Below, piece by piece: positions 1-10,704 of a DNA stretch of 64,000 nt. A program made the position numbers and the translations under genes. The stretch comes from Pelagomonas calceolata (lineage: Eukaryota): assembly GCA_918797485.1 (NCBI GenBank), contig CAKKNE010000005.1, positions 930,001 through 994,000 of the forward strand. The letters run 5' to 3'. The first letter of the stretch is position 1; every line of letters starts with the position of its first letter. The notes under the pieces were generated by a model. That model was given only the letters and a program-made list of their open reading frames with translations, had not been told where the DNA came from and did not search any database.

Positions 1-764
1 CCAAAGCTGCGCGAAAGGATCCCTTCGCGCCAGTTGTAAACATCGACAATATCTGCATTTCGGCGAACTATGTACAGCGCATCGCCCTGCACCGCGATGC
101 CCCCCTGCTCTTCGTCCTGCTCAGGCCGGCCAGCCAAGGCAAACTTGCGCAGAAGCGTTCCAGTTTGATTGTCGTACACGTCAATAAAGCAAACAGTCTG
201 TCCATTTTCGGTGCTGCGATACAAGACCAGTAGCGCATCACCGGCGAGGGCGAATGTATCGATCCAGTATGCATCAGCGATCTCGATTCTCATGAGAGAC
301 TCGTTGTAGGCGTCTGCCTCGTCGCTATCCTCGTCTGAAGGTGGTTCTGCTAGTCGCACGCAAACGATTCGTGATTCGTCTGACAAGAGGACCCAAGCCG
401 TACCATCGCCTCGAAGGGCAACCACCCGCGGGGTGTTGAGGTTCGTGTTTAGTTCTGCACCAGCGACGCCGTCGTTCGAGAACGTTGCGAGGCACCCGCT
501 AAACGCCATTCGCCCGTAATTTGCAATCATCACGCCATCACCGTACGCAACGCAGTGATCGCTATACTGGAATTCTCCGATTTGCTGGCGATGCACGCGC
601 AGCATCCCTCTGCAGCGGCGGCGCCACGCGTCACGCAACGTCTTGCTGGCCGTCGCGGCGCCAAAGCCGGCTTCGGGAGTGATAAATGAGAAGACAGTGG
701 AGAGGACATCGTCGGACGCCAGGGCTGGATGGCTTCGCGCGCGAGCGCTGCGGGTCAAAGGCAT
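1..764 (-). CDS. F-box-like N-terminus plus NHL/beta-propeller-like repeats; runs off the window start
   Basis: ATG at 764. Frame reads MPLTRSARARSHPALASDDVLSTVFSF...GGIAVQGDALYIVRRNADIVDVYNW and is open to position 1. Absent from the ORF track because it is truncated. Confidence 0.65.
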   Translation of the reverse strand, partial: MPLTRSARARSHPALASDDVLSTVFSFITPEAGFGAATASKTLRDAWRRRCRGMLRVHRQQIGEFQYSDHCVAYGDGVMIANYGRMAFSGCLATFSNDGVAGAELNTNLNTPRVVALRGDGTAWVLLSDESRIVCVRLAEPPSDEDSDEADAYNESLMRIEIADAYWIDTFALAGDALLVLYRSTENGQTVCFIDVYDNQTGTLLRKFALAGRPEQDEEQGGIAVQGDALYIVRRNADIVDVYNWREGILSRSF

Positions 765-1034
765 GGGTCTTTTGCAGTACTTCTGTGTGTGAGAGTGGCA
801 AAAAATTTGCGCTAGCGGCATGTAAGACACACTAGGCATTACCAAGCTCCAACTGGCAAGCTGAGTTTGCGACCGCTACTGCAGATATTTGGGCGCAGGA
901 CGTGGCTGTGACGTTTTATTTTAAAACCCATTAACAGCGAGACCAGTTACGCCGCCGCGCGACACCTGTGCAGCTCTACAGCCCACGAGCCCACGCTGAC
1001 AATCCGCTGCCGCCTCCGCGTCACGCGCCGCACG

Positions 1035-1532
1035 ATGATGCGCCGCCTGCTATTCGTCGTCGCCGCCGCCGCGGCGTCCACCATCACGCCCGAGCAGGCG
1101 TCCAAGCTGAGAAGTTTGGGCTACCGCGCGTCGGAAATCGCGGCGATACGACCCAGCGTCGCGAGCGTCGTGGCGAGGCGAGGCCTGCCGCGACCGAAAG
1201 CGGGCATGCCGCCGTCGTGGGTGGTCGACGACGCGGACCTGGCGCCGGCGCGCGCCCGACCGCGGCCGCTCGCCGGCGTCGTTGGCCTCCTGCAAAAACT
1301 AGCCTTCTCGGTGAGCATGCTCGCACGGGACCTCGCAGAAGTCACACGAAGAGCCGCTATACCGGTCGGCGTTGTCCTCGTCGCGAGCCAGGCGGACCGG
1401 ATTCGATCAACAATGAAATCGCCGAGCGGGGAGGAGGGCTACTTCCTCTTCGACGGGCCGACCGATCCGGCGATGCGTGGCGGGGCGAAGGTCCAGATCT
1501 CGCCGGCGAGCGCCCCCTCGTCGAAACGATAG
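1035..1532 (+). CDS. Hypothetical protein with signal peptide
   Basis: 165-aa ORF with hydrophobic N-terminus MMRRLLFVVAAAAAS. Confidence 0.6.
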   Translation: MMRRLLFVVAAAAASTITPEQASKLRSLGYRASEIAAIRPSVASVVARRGLPRPKAGMPPSWVVDDADLAPARARPRPLAGVVGLLQKLAFSVSMLARDLAEVTRRAAIPVGVVLVASQADRIRSTMKSPSGEEGYFLFDGPTDPAMRGGAKVQISPASAPSSKR

Positions 1533-1553
1533 CGTTGTGTCTGTGCGGGCGAG

Positions 1554-1629
1554 TGTGTGGAGATTCTACGCCATCGACGCGACGTCGTCCCCGTAGCTGC
1601 GGCAGCTCGATGGCGTGGAGGTTCACGAA
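1554..1629 (+). mobile_element. Truncated introner-family fragment between two convergent stops
   Basis: Closely matches the reverse complement of about 61829-61894 (internal part of the PHGDH introner). Begins with TIR-like tgtgtggaga. Confidence 0.7.
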
Positions 1630-1657
1630 CTTATAAATAAAACCTGATATTAGTTCA

Positions 1658-3271
1658 TCATAAGAATTGGCGCACGGCGACCGCGTCATACAGGCCCTTC
1701 AGCCGCCACGCCACGGGCAGGCACAGCCGCCGGAAGACGAAGGGCCCCAGCACCGGAATGCCTCTGGACACGAACCACCGGTGGGCACTCAACAGCGGCC
1801 TAGCGCCGTCCAAGACAGAATATCCCGGTAATAAGTCGCCGGCCATGCCGTCCAAACACAGCGCGTTGATCACTAAAGTAGCGTACTGAGCGCCTATTCT
1901 AACCCGATGCTTCCGCACCAACTCCAGCAGACCCCGAACAACATCTCCGAAGTCCACGCCCGTGCCATAGCCCCGGCACTTCTCCCTGAATAAAGTTCGG
2001 ACCTCATCGTCGAAAGCGCGGACCTGCTCCCTGCTCAGGTTCTTCGCGTTCGCCGGATCGAAGGCTCGCAGGTTCTTCGCCGCTGCTCTATGATCGGCAG
2101 CGCCGATCGCCTCGATCAAACCGACAAACCTGTCCGACTCGCTATGTGTCAAAGGTGATACCATACCGGCATCCACTACTGAAATGGCCCTTGCTTGCCT
2201 TATATTGAGACCCCATAAAATAGATAACGATACGAGGATCTCGCCGTCATACAACAGATTGCCGGGGTGCAAATCCGCGTGCATCACCTTGTCCTCCAAT
2301 AGCATTTTGAGGTAGAGGTCTTCGCCCCTCGTGACTAAGTAAGCGCCCGTTTTTCTATCTAAACCCTGTTTCAAGTCGTCGAAGTTCCTCGCGCGCTTCG
2401 CGATGCCCACAACTAATTCCCCGGGCAAAAAGGACTCGATGAGTACCGAAGGCGTCTCGAGCGTGGGTCTCGGAAAATCTACATCACCCCACCGTCGGAA
2501 TCTAGAGCGGAAGCCGCGCAGTTCTTGGGCCTCGTGGTCGAGTCGCGACTGCTGGGCCAACGTGTCGCCGAATTGCGCCACGGTGTCCGACAGCCGCAAC
2601 GCTCGCAACGGCGGGAAGACCTCCAGACATCTAGCGCCGAACGCGAGTAAAGTCACGTCCAAGCGCAGGCGCGTCCCTACTTTCGGGTGCCTTACTTTGA
2701 CTGCCAAGACCTGGCCCTTGCGCGTGGCCCGATGGACTTGCGCGATACTACCAGAAGCAATAGGTTTCCGTTCGAAGGAGTCGAAGTAGTCGTCGATCGA
2801 ACATCCAATAGCGTCCTCGACCAGTTTTTTAGTATGCCTCCTCGAATGTGCTGGCGCGCCCGCTTGCAGGCCCGCTAACGAGTTACAGAGCGCGACGGGG
2901 AACAGATCCGACCGCGTCGCGGACCACTGCGCCCACTTGACGAAGCAGGCGCCGGCCCGTCCTAGGCACCACGTCAATAAAGGGTACCAGAGGCGCCTTC
3001 TGAAGGGCCCTAGGAAGAACGCGAGCCAAAACGTGAGCGTCGCGGGTAAAAAGGCCCAGCACAAAAACACGGCCCGGACGCAGAGGCGTAGCGTGCCTGG
3101 TGCCTTCGCGTCTGCTAGATCCTCGGCGGCCATTGCCCGCTTGGTCGTCGCGAGGCTCCGCTCGCGTCTTTGCTTTTCGAACTCGCGCGGTGTCAGGGCT
3201 TTGCTGGCGCGTGGCTTGTTCATTGCCGCGGCGCTCAACACGAGCAGGCATGCTACCGCGTGCGCGCGCAT
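1658..3271 (-). CDS. ABC1/UbiB (ADCK-like) atypical kinase
   Basis: Motifs VKWAQW, IASGSIAQVH, AVKVRHP, HADLHPGN and DAGM. Likely ATG at 3271. Confidence 0.9.
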   Translation of the reverse strand: MRAHAVACLLVLSAAAMNKPRASKALTPREFEKQRRERSLATTKRAMAAEDLADAKAPGTLRLCVRAVFLCWAFLPATLTFWLAFFLGPFRRRLWYPLLTWCLGRAGACFVKWAQWSATRSDLFPVALCNSLAGLQAGAPAHSRRHTKKLVEDAIGCSIDDYFDSFERKPIASGSIAQVHRATRKGQVLAVKVRHPKVGTRLRLDVTLLAFGARCLEVFPPLRALRLSDTVAQFGDTLAQQSRLDHEAQELRGFRSRFRRWGDVDFPRPTLETPSVLIESFLPGELVVGIAKRARNFDDLKQGLDRKTGAYLVTRGEDLYLKMLLEDKVMHADLHPGNLLYDGEILVSLSILWGLNIRQARAISVVDAGMVSPLTHSESDRFVGLIEAIGAADHRAAAKNLRAFDPANAKNLSREQVRAFDDEVRTLFREKCRGYGTGVDFGDVVRGLLELVRKHRVRIGAQYATLVINALCLDGMAGDLLPGYSVLDGARPLLSAHRWFVSRGIPVLGPFVFRRLCLPVAWRLKGLYDAVAVRQFL

Positions 3272-3614
3272 CGCGGCGGCGTCAGCGCGCCGCGGCGAGG
3301 CCTCTGCTGCGCTCCTGGCTGCACCGTTGCCCGCGTGGCTCAAACAGCGCTCGCGCCGACCGGTCGCTGCGACGCAGAGTCACTAGAATGCGTCTGCCAG
3401 GCCGTTTTTGCAGCAACACGACCTTATCCGCAGCACGAGTTTTGGGCTGGAGCTAGTATTCTACACGCTAGCTAATCGAGCAATTGCCAAAGTCGCGCTG
3501 TCCGAAACTCCTCCTTAGACGCATCCAAGAAGCGCACGCGCAGAGGGGAAGAATGACGCTAGCTAGAGCCTATACGCTAGCTCGAGCCGATCTCGCGCCA
3601 GACGTCGAGAAAAA

Positions 3615-5075
3615 ATGGCGTCTTACCGGTTATGGTTGGCCTTTTCGATCGGTGCAGCATGCGCCTACTACGCACCGCCGACGCGGAGGCGCGTCGCGCT
3701 GCGTAACACGGCACTAAACTACGCGGACACCGATGTGGCTGTGGATTCTTCTGCTGATCGCGCGCGCGCCCTCGATTCGCTGCGAAAAAAAGGCGACAAG
3801 GCTGCCGTAAAAGCGCTCCAAGCTGACGACGTCGCCGATATAGTGGTCATAATCGACGGTCTCGACGTCGACGTCACCGAATACGCAAGAGAACACCCGG
3901 GCGGCGCCGCGGTCTTGCGCAAATTCCACGGCAAGGACGCGAGCAAGGCCTTCCACGCCGCGAAGCACAGCAAGGCCGCGCTGGACCGCATGAAGGCGCT
4001 CCAGCCCGAGGCGAAGGCGAAGCCGGTCTCGCGCGCGTCCAAGCTCTTCACGCACGAGGACCGGTCGCAGGTGCACAAGGTGCTCGGACTCTGGTGCCTG
4101 GGCCACTACGTCGTCCGCATCCACCGCGGGATCTGGTCGGCGGACCCGACGGGCGGGCTGACCGCGCTCAGCGCGGTGCCGTGGCTCTTGCCCCACGCCC
4201 TATTGTCATTATCCTCCATCAAGTTCCACGTGCCCCGGGAACGTATCGCGAAGAAGCCGATGATCTGGCAGGAGTTCCGCATGCACAACATCATCTTCGC
4301 GCTGCGGTCGTTTGTGTGTGCGGCGCTCGCGGCCGCGTCGTTGCACGCTTCTACGATCACGAGGCAGCGCGCAGCGGTCGGCGCCGCGTGCACGGTCTTC
4401 GCGTCGCTCGTCGCGGCCGACGTCGCGACCTGCGTGGAAACCAAATTTCGGGTCCGTAGCTGCTCGATGGCGTGATTTCCACACAGGTCGCCACGATCAA
4501 GCTGCGCGAGGACGCGTCCGAGACGACGACGGAGACGATGCCCTACTGGGCCGGCGCCTCGCCCTCGACCATCAGGCGCTTCAAGGGCTTTTATGCCTAC
4601 TGTCAGTGGATGGCGACCCTCGGCTGTTTGGCCAACGGCAACCCGCTCTGGCCGCTCTGCATCGCGCTGCCGATCCAGCTCGCGTCGCTGCTGATGACGC
4701 TGGTGCGCAAGGGCCTGCTGACGGCGCGCGGCTACCACCTCCTCTACACGGCGTCGCTCTGCGTGCCGTTCGTCGTCGGTGAGTGTTTCGGCGTCGAATC
4801 CAAGCGTCGATGGCGTACGAAGGAGTGACGGTCCCGCCACGCCGTCGAGCAGACGTCGCGTCGATGGCGTGGGGGGGCGTGCGCTGACGTGATAACTCAC
4901 AGGCCTCGCGCGCGGCGGCGCGCCATTCCTCGCCCTGACGCCGGCCGCCTACGCGCTCCTGTTTGCAAGGAGGCGCCTCGGCCGCGCGCCACAGTGGAAG
5001 TACCTCATCTGGGCACCTGTCCTCGCGGCACGCGTCCTCGCCGGGGACCACGCGGTCTTCCGGGCCTTCCTGTAA
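3615..5075 (+). CDS. Cytochrome b5 domain fused to a multi-pass membrane domain; join(3615..4421,4487..4778,4903..5075), 423 aa
   Basis: HPGG heme motif and hydrophobic helices. Removing two introns gives 1272 nt in frame. Confidence 0.8.
4422..4494 (+). mobile_element. Introner (element 4430-4486; intron 4422-4486)
   Basis: TIR ctgcgtggaaa...tttccacacag. 8-bp TSD gtcgcgac/gtcgccac. The GT of the left TSD is the donor and the AG of the TIR is the acceptor. Confidence 0.85.
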
Positions 5076-5093
5076 ATTCTCTTTTAGACACAC

Positions 5094-5492
5094 CTACCGG
5101 CTGCCGAAGAGGAACGTGAAGGGCGCGGTCAGGACCTTGATCAACGACGCGAAGAAGGAGCGCCGCTCGGGCTCCTGGACGAAGCTGTACGTGCCGCGGA
5201 CCACGAGCGGGTTGCGCGACTTCGTCGGCACGTTCCACGTCGCGTAGATTTGGCGCGGCCGGAACTGGCCGTCGCGCTGGTCGTACTCGCCGCCGACCGT
5301 GAGCTGGTCTCCTAATCTCGTCTCGATGGTGCCTCCTAGATTAATGGGCGGACCCTTGGGCGCCTTGACCGTCTGCTTCGTCTTGGCGTCGTCTTCAGGT
5401 GACGGGGGCTCGGTCGCCGTGACCGAGACCGCGCCGCGCCGCCGCGCGGCGTCCGCCGCGGCGACGAGCAGCGCGGCGTGGAGGAGCTTCAT
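5094..5492 (-). CDS. Hypothetical secreted/targeted protein
   Basis: Signal-like MKLLHAALLVAAADA at the ATG at 5492. Confidence 0.6.
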   Translation of the reverse strand: MKLLHAALLVAAADAARRRGAVSVTATEPPSPEDDAKTKQTVKAPKGPPINLGGTIETRLGDQLTVGGEYDQRDGQFRPRQIYATWNVPTKSRNPLVVRGTYSFVQEPERRSFFASLIKVLTAPFTFLFGSR

Positions 5493-5919
5493 GGCGCGAC
5501 GGCCTCGGTGTGGCGGCCTGCGGGGGACGACGCCGTCGCGACAGTGCTGCGGTCGTCCGTAACTGCTGCGGTCGTCTCCAGCGGCGAACCGCACCGCGCG
5601 CCGCCAAAACACGCGTAGGCAGTTCGAGCACTTTTGAAGTGAGCAGGGGAGCAGCCAGCTGCAGCGCGCCGCAGCAGCGATCGCGCGCAAGTCGACAAGT
5701 GTAAATTGACCCTGGTGAGCGCAGTGGGTAGTGGTGGTGTGAGCACGGCTACAAAAGCAAACGCGCGTTCAAGCGAGCTAGCGGCTTTGTAAGACACTAG
5801 CGCTAACAAACGGGTTTTTCCCCCGCGCCGATTCGCGCGGCTGGTCTCCAAGGGGCTCCGCCCACGAGTCCTAGCACCGCAACAGACCGCGTGGCTTCGA
5901 GTGCACATTCATAGTCTAC

Positions 5920-8900
5920 TTAGTCCTCGGCCACGACGGGGTCCACCTCCATACCGACGTGCCCCCCCGCGACGCCCTTCTTCCGGCCGCCCCTCTCCGC
6001 GACTTTGGTGGTAGAGATGTCCACCGTGCCGATCAACCCGCCCTCGCCGTCGTCCTCGAAGAGGTAGGGGTTCTTGTAGCCGATGTCGTAGTCCGTTTCG
6101 GTGCAGGCCCGGATCCACATGCGCTGCTCGGCCCAGAGCGAGTCGTTCTTCGACTTGACCTCCTCCACTTTCCCTTCGTAGGTCCAGTCCGCGGGCACGA
6201 CGACGTGGCGCGGCGCCGGCGCCGGCGCCTCGATCAGCCAGCCGCCGTCTCCCCTAATCGCCGTGCCCGCGACGATTGACGTCGACGGCGCGCGGACGCG
6301 GTCCATGTCGGCGTTCTGCACGTAGCCGCACTGGTCGCCCGTCGCTGCGTCGTGGACCGCGAACGCCAAACCCTTGAACGGGCCGTGGCTCGGCCCGCGC
6401 CGGTTCGGCTCGAGGCGCAGCTCCAGCGCCGCGCCGTCTTCCAGACCAGAAGCGCCTTGCACACAATGCTGCAATTGCGTCTGCGCGACGGCGACGCGCA
6501 CCGTCGCTCCCGCGTCGTCGGCGAGCGGCCAATTCTCGAGCTTGATGTGCTCGCCGGCCGGCGTCGTCACGCGGACCATCGTGTTGTCGGGCATGCCACT
6601 CCGCAGCCCCGTCACCGCCAAATGCATCGCAATACCGGCGACGGCCTTGCCGCCAAAGCACGCGGCCGTGATCTGCAGCCGCGCGACGGCCTCGCGCCCG
6701 CGCCAGGGCACCAGGCCGACCTCCCCGTAATGCGCGTCGAAGGCCTCGCGCACGAGCGCCGCGAGCGCCGTCGGCGAGGCCGCGGCGACTTGCGCCAGCC
6801 TCGCGTCCATCGACGCCTTGCGCCGCTCGTAAAAGTCGAGCGTGCCCCAGTCGCACGGCGCGGCCTGAAACGGCGCGAAGAACGCGTCGGCGACGGGCGC
6901 GCGCGCCTGGTCCCACAGGAGCAGGTAGGCCACCGTCCTTAATGTAGCTCCCTCGTCGTGCCACGAGCTCCAGCCCTCCTTGCCCGCCGCGCGGCCGGCG
7001 ACGCTCTCGACGAGCTCGAGCCGCGGATTCGTAGGGGCGCCGGCGGCGTCGACCTCGACCACATCATCGTCGTCGTCGTCGACGGCGAAGAGCAGCCGGC
7101 TGCCGACCTCGCCGACGCGGGCGACGGCGCCCTTGTGGATGCGCTTGCCCTCCTTCGGCGCGCGCCACTTTTTATCGCCGGCCGTCGCCTCGACCTTCCA
7201 GAGCGCGACGGTGCCCTTGCCGCAGTCGCGCCGCGCGTCCGCGAGCGCCTGCGTCCATTCGACGGTGTCCTTGAGACCCAGGTGCTTCAGGTTGATCAGG
7301 AGCCGCTCGTGGCACGCGGCGCGCCGGTAGCCGTGCTTCATGAGCGCTCGCAGGACCTCGTTCGCCTCGGCGTACTTCTTGTCCTTCTGGAGGAAGCCGA
7401 CGCCGTGCCACGCGGCGCCCGCGAGGCGATTGCCCGCGTCGAAGCCCTGGAGCCACGAGGGCAGCGAGGCGACGTAGTTCGCGTCCGCCGCGTTCTGGTC
7501 GAGGAGGCCGAGGCACGCCGCCGCCAGTGCTTCCGCGACCTTGCGCGCGGCCGCCGCGACCGGCACCAGGGCCTCCTTCACGGCCTCCGTCGCCGCGTCC
7601 TTGCGGTCGCGCGCCGCCTCCGCGGCCGCATCGTCGCCGCCCTTCTCGGCCTTCTCGAGCGCGGCGCAGGCCTTCTTGCGCTCGGCGCAGGCCTTCTGGA
7701 GCGTCTCGACGGCCGCGTGCTCGTCGGGCTTCGCGCAGAGCGTCCGCGACACCGTCGCCTCCTCGACAACAACGCCGAGGGCCTCCGACGCCGGGTCGAG
7801 CGAGCTCGGCCGCTGGAACGCGGCCAGCGCCGCCGGCGCGTCGCACTTCTCGTAGACGACGAGAAGGTCGAGGACGTCGTCGCCCCAGGCGTCGCCGTTC
7901 GCGATGGCCGCGGCGATGCCAGCGGCGTGCGCGAGGCCCGCGACGCCCTCCGTGCGCTCGAAGTGGCGCCGCGTGCGGAAGAGCGGCGTCCCGACCGGCG
8001 GCTGCGCCTCGGCCGACCGCAGGTGGGGCGGCTGGAGCACGGCCTGGAGCCGGCGCGTGTGCGGCGCCGGTCGCCCCAGCAGCCCGACGCGCCGCTCCGA
8101 GAAGCGCAGCGCGCGCAGGAGCGCCGTCTCCGTTTCGCGGTCGACGCGCACGAGGGCCCTCTCGTCGGCGACTAAAAAGGAGAGCGCCGTCGCGTCCTCG
8201 AGCCCGGCCGCGACGGCGCGCACCACGGCGACGTGCACCTCCTTCGACGAGCCCTTGTGCCGCTTCTTCGCGGCCTTCCAGGCGTCCGGCGCGGACTCCT
8301 TGAGCGCCATGTACACGCGCTTCACCTCGTCGCCGACGAGCGCCGGCAGCGCCTCGGCCGCGTCCGTGAGCGGGCTCTCCGCCGTCAGCGGGACGAGCGC
8401 GCCGGCGCGCGTGAGTGTCGTAATTACGGCGGTGGCGTCGCCGCCGGCGTAGCTCTCGACCGACGCGCGGCTCCCTTGAACCGGGTGCCAGGGCCCCGTC
8501 ACGAAGAGGAGCCGCGCCAGGACGTGCCGGCTGGCTTCGTCCAACGAAGCGACGCGCTCGAGGGCCGCGCGCGCCGCGCCGACGAAGAGGTCCTTGCCGT
8601 CCGCGGCGACGGCCGCGAGGGCGGCATTGACGGCGTCGCGGAGCGCCAGCTGGTAGGCCGACGTCGCGGCGTCGACGGGCCGCGGCGCGGCCGGCGCCGG
8701 CGACGCGGAGCGCGCGCGCTTCTGCGGCGGAGCGTGGTCCGCCGGCGCGGCGGCGCGCTTCTGCCGGCCCGTCGGCGCGGCCGGCGCCGGCGACGCGGCC
8801 CGGGCGCGCTTTGCAGGAGGTCCGCCGTCCTCGGCGGCGCGGCGCTTCTGCGTTTGCGCCCGCGCCCTGTCGAGGTCGCCGCCGGCGTCGCGGAGCGCTT

Positions 8901-9198
8901 GCGAGGCGTCCGCCTTGCTCAGGCCCTCGAACTCGGCCATGAGCACGTTGCGCGGCCGCGGCGCCTTCGTGTCCACGTCCGGCGGCGGCGGCGCTGGTGG
9001 CGCTGCCAGAGACGCCGCCGCGGGCGCCGCGGCCGGCGCTGCCGCGGCGAGCGCGTTGGCGGCGGCCTCGACGTCGCCGCCGTGAGCGGCGAGCGTCGCC
9101 TCGGCGGCGCCCTCGGGGAAGCCCATGGCCACGAGTTGTTCCTTCGGCCGCATGTACTGCCTGACGTCCATGAACTTCGTGGGATCGCTGTAGTCCAT
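5920..9198 (-). CDS. FAN1: FAN1-like structure-specific nuclease with N-terminal UBA-like domains and a split VRR-NUC domain
   Basis: UBA-like QLVAMGF; ERLLINLKHL; HDEG..LLLWD..FFAPFQAAPCD..FYERRK; GMPD...EEVKSKNDSL..Q.MW. Confidence 0.85.
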   Translation of the reverse strand: MDYSDPTKFMDVRQYMRPKEQLVAMGFPEGAAEATLAAHGGDVEAAANALAAAAPAAAPAAASLAAPPAPPPPDVDTKAPRPRNVLMAEFEGLSKADASQALRDAGGDLDRARAQTQKRRAAEDGGPPAKRARAASPAPAAPTGRQKRAAAPADHAPPQKRARSASPAPAAPRPVDAATSAYQLALRDAVNAALAAVAADGKDLFVGAARAALERVASLDEASRHVLARLLFVTGPWHPVQGSRASVESYAGGDATAVITTLTRAGALVPLTAESPLTDAAEALPALVGDEVKRVYMALKESAPDAWKAAKKRHKGSSKEVHVAVVRAVAAGLEDATALSFLVADERALVRVDRETETALLRALRFSERRVGLLGRPAPHTRRLQAVLQPPHLRSAEAQPPVGTPLFRTRRHFERTEGVAGLAHAAGIAAAIANGDAWGDDVLDLLVVYEKCDAPAALAAFQRPSSLDPASEALGVVVEEATVSRTLCAKPDEHAAVETLQKACAERKKACAALEKAEKGGDDAAAEAARDRKDAATEAVKEALVPVAAAARKVAEALAAACLGLLDQNAADANYVASLPSWLQGFDAGNRLAGAAWHGVGFLQKDKKYAEANEVLRALMKHGYRRAACHERLLINLKHLGLKDTVEWTQALADARRDCGKGTVALWKVEATAGDKKWRAPKEGKRIHKGAVARVGEVGSRLLFAVDDDDDDVVEVDAAGAPTNPRLELVESVAGRAAGKEGWSSWHDEGATLRTVAYLLLWDQARAPVADAFFAPFQAAPCDWGTLDFYERRKASMDARLAQVAAASPTALAALVREAFDAHYGEVGLVPWRGREAVARLQITAACFGGKAVAGIAMHLAVTGLRSGMPDNTMVRVTTPAGEHIKLENWPLADDAGATVRVAVAQTQLQHCVQGASGLEDGAALELRLEPNRRGPSHGPFKGLAFAVHDAATGDQCGYVQNADMDRVRAPSTSIVAGTAIRGDGGWLIEAPAPAPRHVVVPADWTYEGKVEEVKSKNDSLWAEQRMWIRACTETDYDIGYKNPYLFEDDGEGGLIGTVDISTTKVAERGGRKKGVAGGHVGMEVDPVVAED

Positions 9199-9468
9199 GT
9201 GTTTGTATTATGTGCCGCTCGCGCTGTGGTTCGCGCGTTGGCGGCGCGCAGTGGCGAAACTGTTGACCTACGCCAATAAGCGCTCGTCAAATTTCGCTGG
9301 AGGTTTCAGCACGCGTTCAGCTATTTCTGGCGGCAGCGAGCAGACTGAGTTGCTATGACTGCGCGGCCAGAGCTTCGCGGCATCGATCTGGTCTGCTGCG
9401 CTAGTGTCTTACGCCGCTAGCCCAGGTTCGGATCAAAACTTACACACTCCCACACGCTGCCGGGGCAA

Positions 9469-10356
9469 TCAAACCGCCACGCGGAAGAACACGTTGTGCA
9501 CCGCCGCGTTGCAGGAGTGCCGCCGGCAATCGACCTCGACGACGACGCGCGTGCTTCGCGCCAGCGGCAGGGGCGTCGCGAGCGTGTGCGTGACCGCGTA
9601 CACGGTCGTCCACTCCCCCGTTTCGTCCAGCGTCGCGTCGTCGGCCGCCTCGAAGCTGTCCGAGTCGACGGCCGCGCGCTTGCACCTGACGAGCGTGCTT
9701 CCGGGTCGAGCAACCGTCGCCGGCGAGGACTCGTACACGCGCAGCGTGGGCGCCTCGACGGGGAACAGCCAGCGCGACGAGAGGATCTCGACGCCCAGCA
9801 GCAGCCCCCCGGACGCCTCGTACTCGAAGCGTACGCACGCGCCCTCGTCGACGTAGAGCTGACGGCCCGTTGCTTCGATGTGCCTTATACCGCGCCACGG
9901 CGTGCTCAGCATATACCGCGCCGAGTAGAGCGAGAAACCCCCCAACTTCTGCGTCAGCCCCCGCGCCTCGGGCCACCGGACGCGCCAGTTATCTTCGCTA
10001 ACGACGTACTGGTCCCAGCTCCCGTACAGCGACGCGACGTCGACGAGGCCGTCGTCGAGCTGCAGATGCGTGTCCTCGGCGTCCTCGTCGTCCGCTAGCA
10101 CCGCTGTGATAGCTTTGAGCGCCCTGGCCTTGGGCAGGACGCGCTGCACATGGGCGCACCGCTCGCGCAGCCGGAACTGCGTGACGTCGCGGAGCGCATC
10201 TCGTAGTGAAGTGCAGGTCGCCCGCAGCGCTCGCAGACTTCCGGCGTCCGTGCCGCGCGCCAGCACAACGTCCACAATCGTCATGCTGGAGCAGGTGAGG
10301 ACGCTCCTGCGGCGCCAGCGGCGGCCGCTCGGCGGCGCGTTGCGTTTGGGCTGCAT
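9469..10356 (-). CDS. Hypothetical protein (weak F-box-like N-terminus)
   Basis: Long ORF with globular composition. Start at 10356 or 10284. Confidence 0.55.
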   Translation of the reverse strand: MQPKRNAPPSGRRWRRRSVLTCSSMTIVDVVLARGTDAGSLRALRATCTSLRDALRDVTQFRLRERCAHVQRVLPKARALKAITAVLADDEDAEDTHLQLDDGLVDVASLYGSWDQYVVSEDNWRVRWPEARGLTQKLGGFSLYSARYMLSTPWRGIRHIEATGRQLYVDEGACVRFEYEASGGLLLGVEILSSRWLFPVEAPTLRVYESSPATVARPGSTLVRCKRAAVDSDSFEAADDATLDETGEWTTVYAVTHTLATPLPLARSTRVVVEVDCRRHSCNAAVHNVFFRVAV

Positions 10357-10704
10357 CACGGCTATTTGCGCCGTCGGCCCGGTCTGACCGCTTGTAAAGG
10401 GTGACACGTGTTACGGGCGTGCCTATATGATCTATGCGACTGGCTAAGGCCAACAACGCCTCGATTTTGCTCTGAGTGCACAGGTTTTTCAAGCCGTCAA
10501 AAACGCCGAGCGCGGCCTCACGCCAATTACCATTGTTCATACATCACTAGTGGAGTCATTCTGACCTCTGGTACAGCGCTGCGCCATTGGTGAGGAGCTT
10601 CCTCACCACCACTGCCCGCATCTCCCGAGACACCACTGCTACTCGACGTCAGACGGAGTACAGCAGCGCTCGCGTGGGCACCTTTGGGGATTGCATAATT
10701 AACT

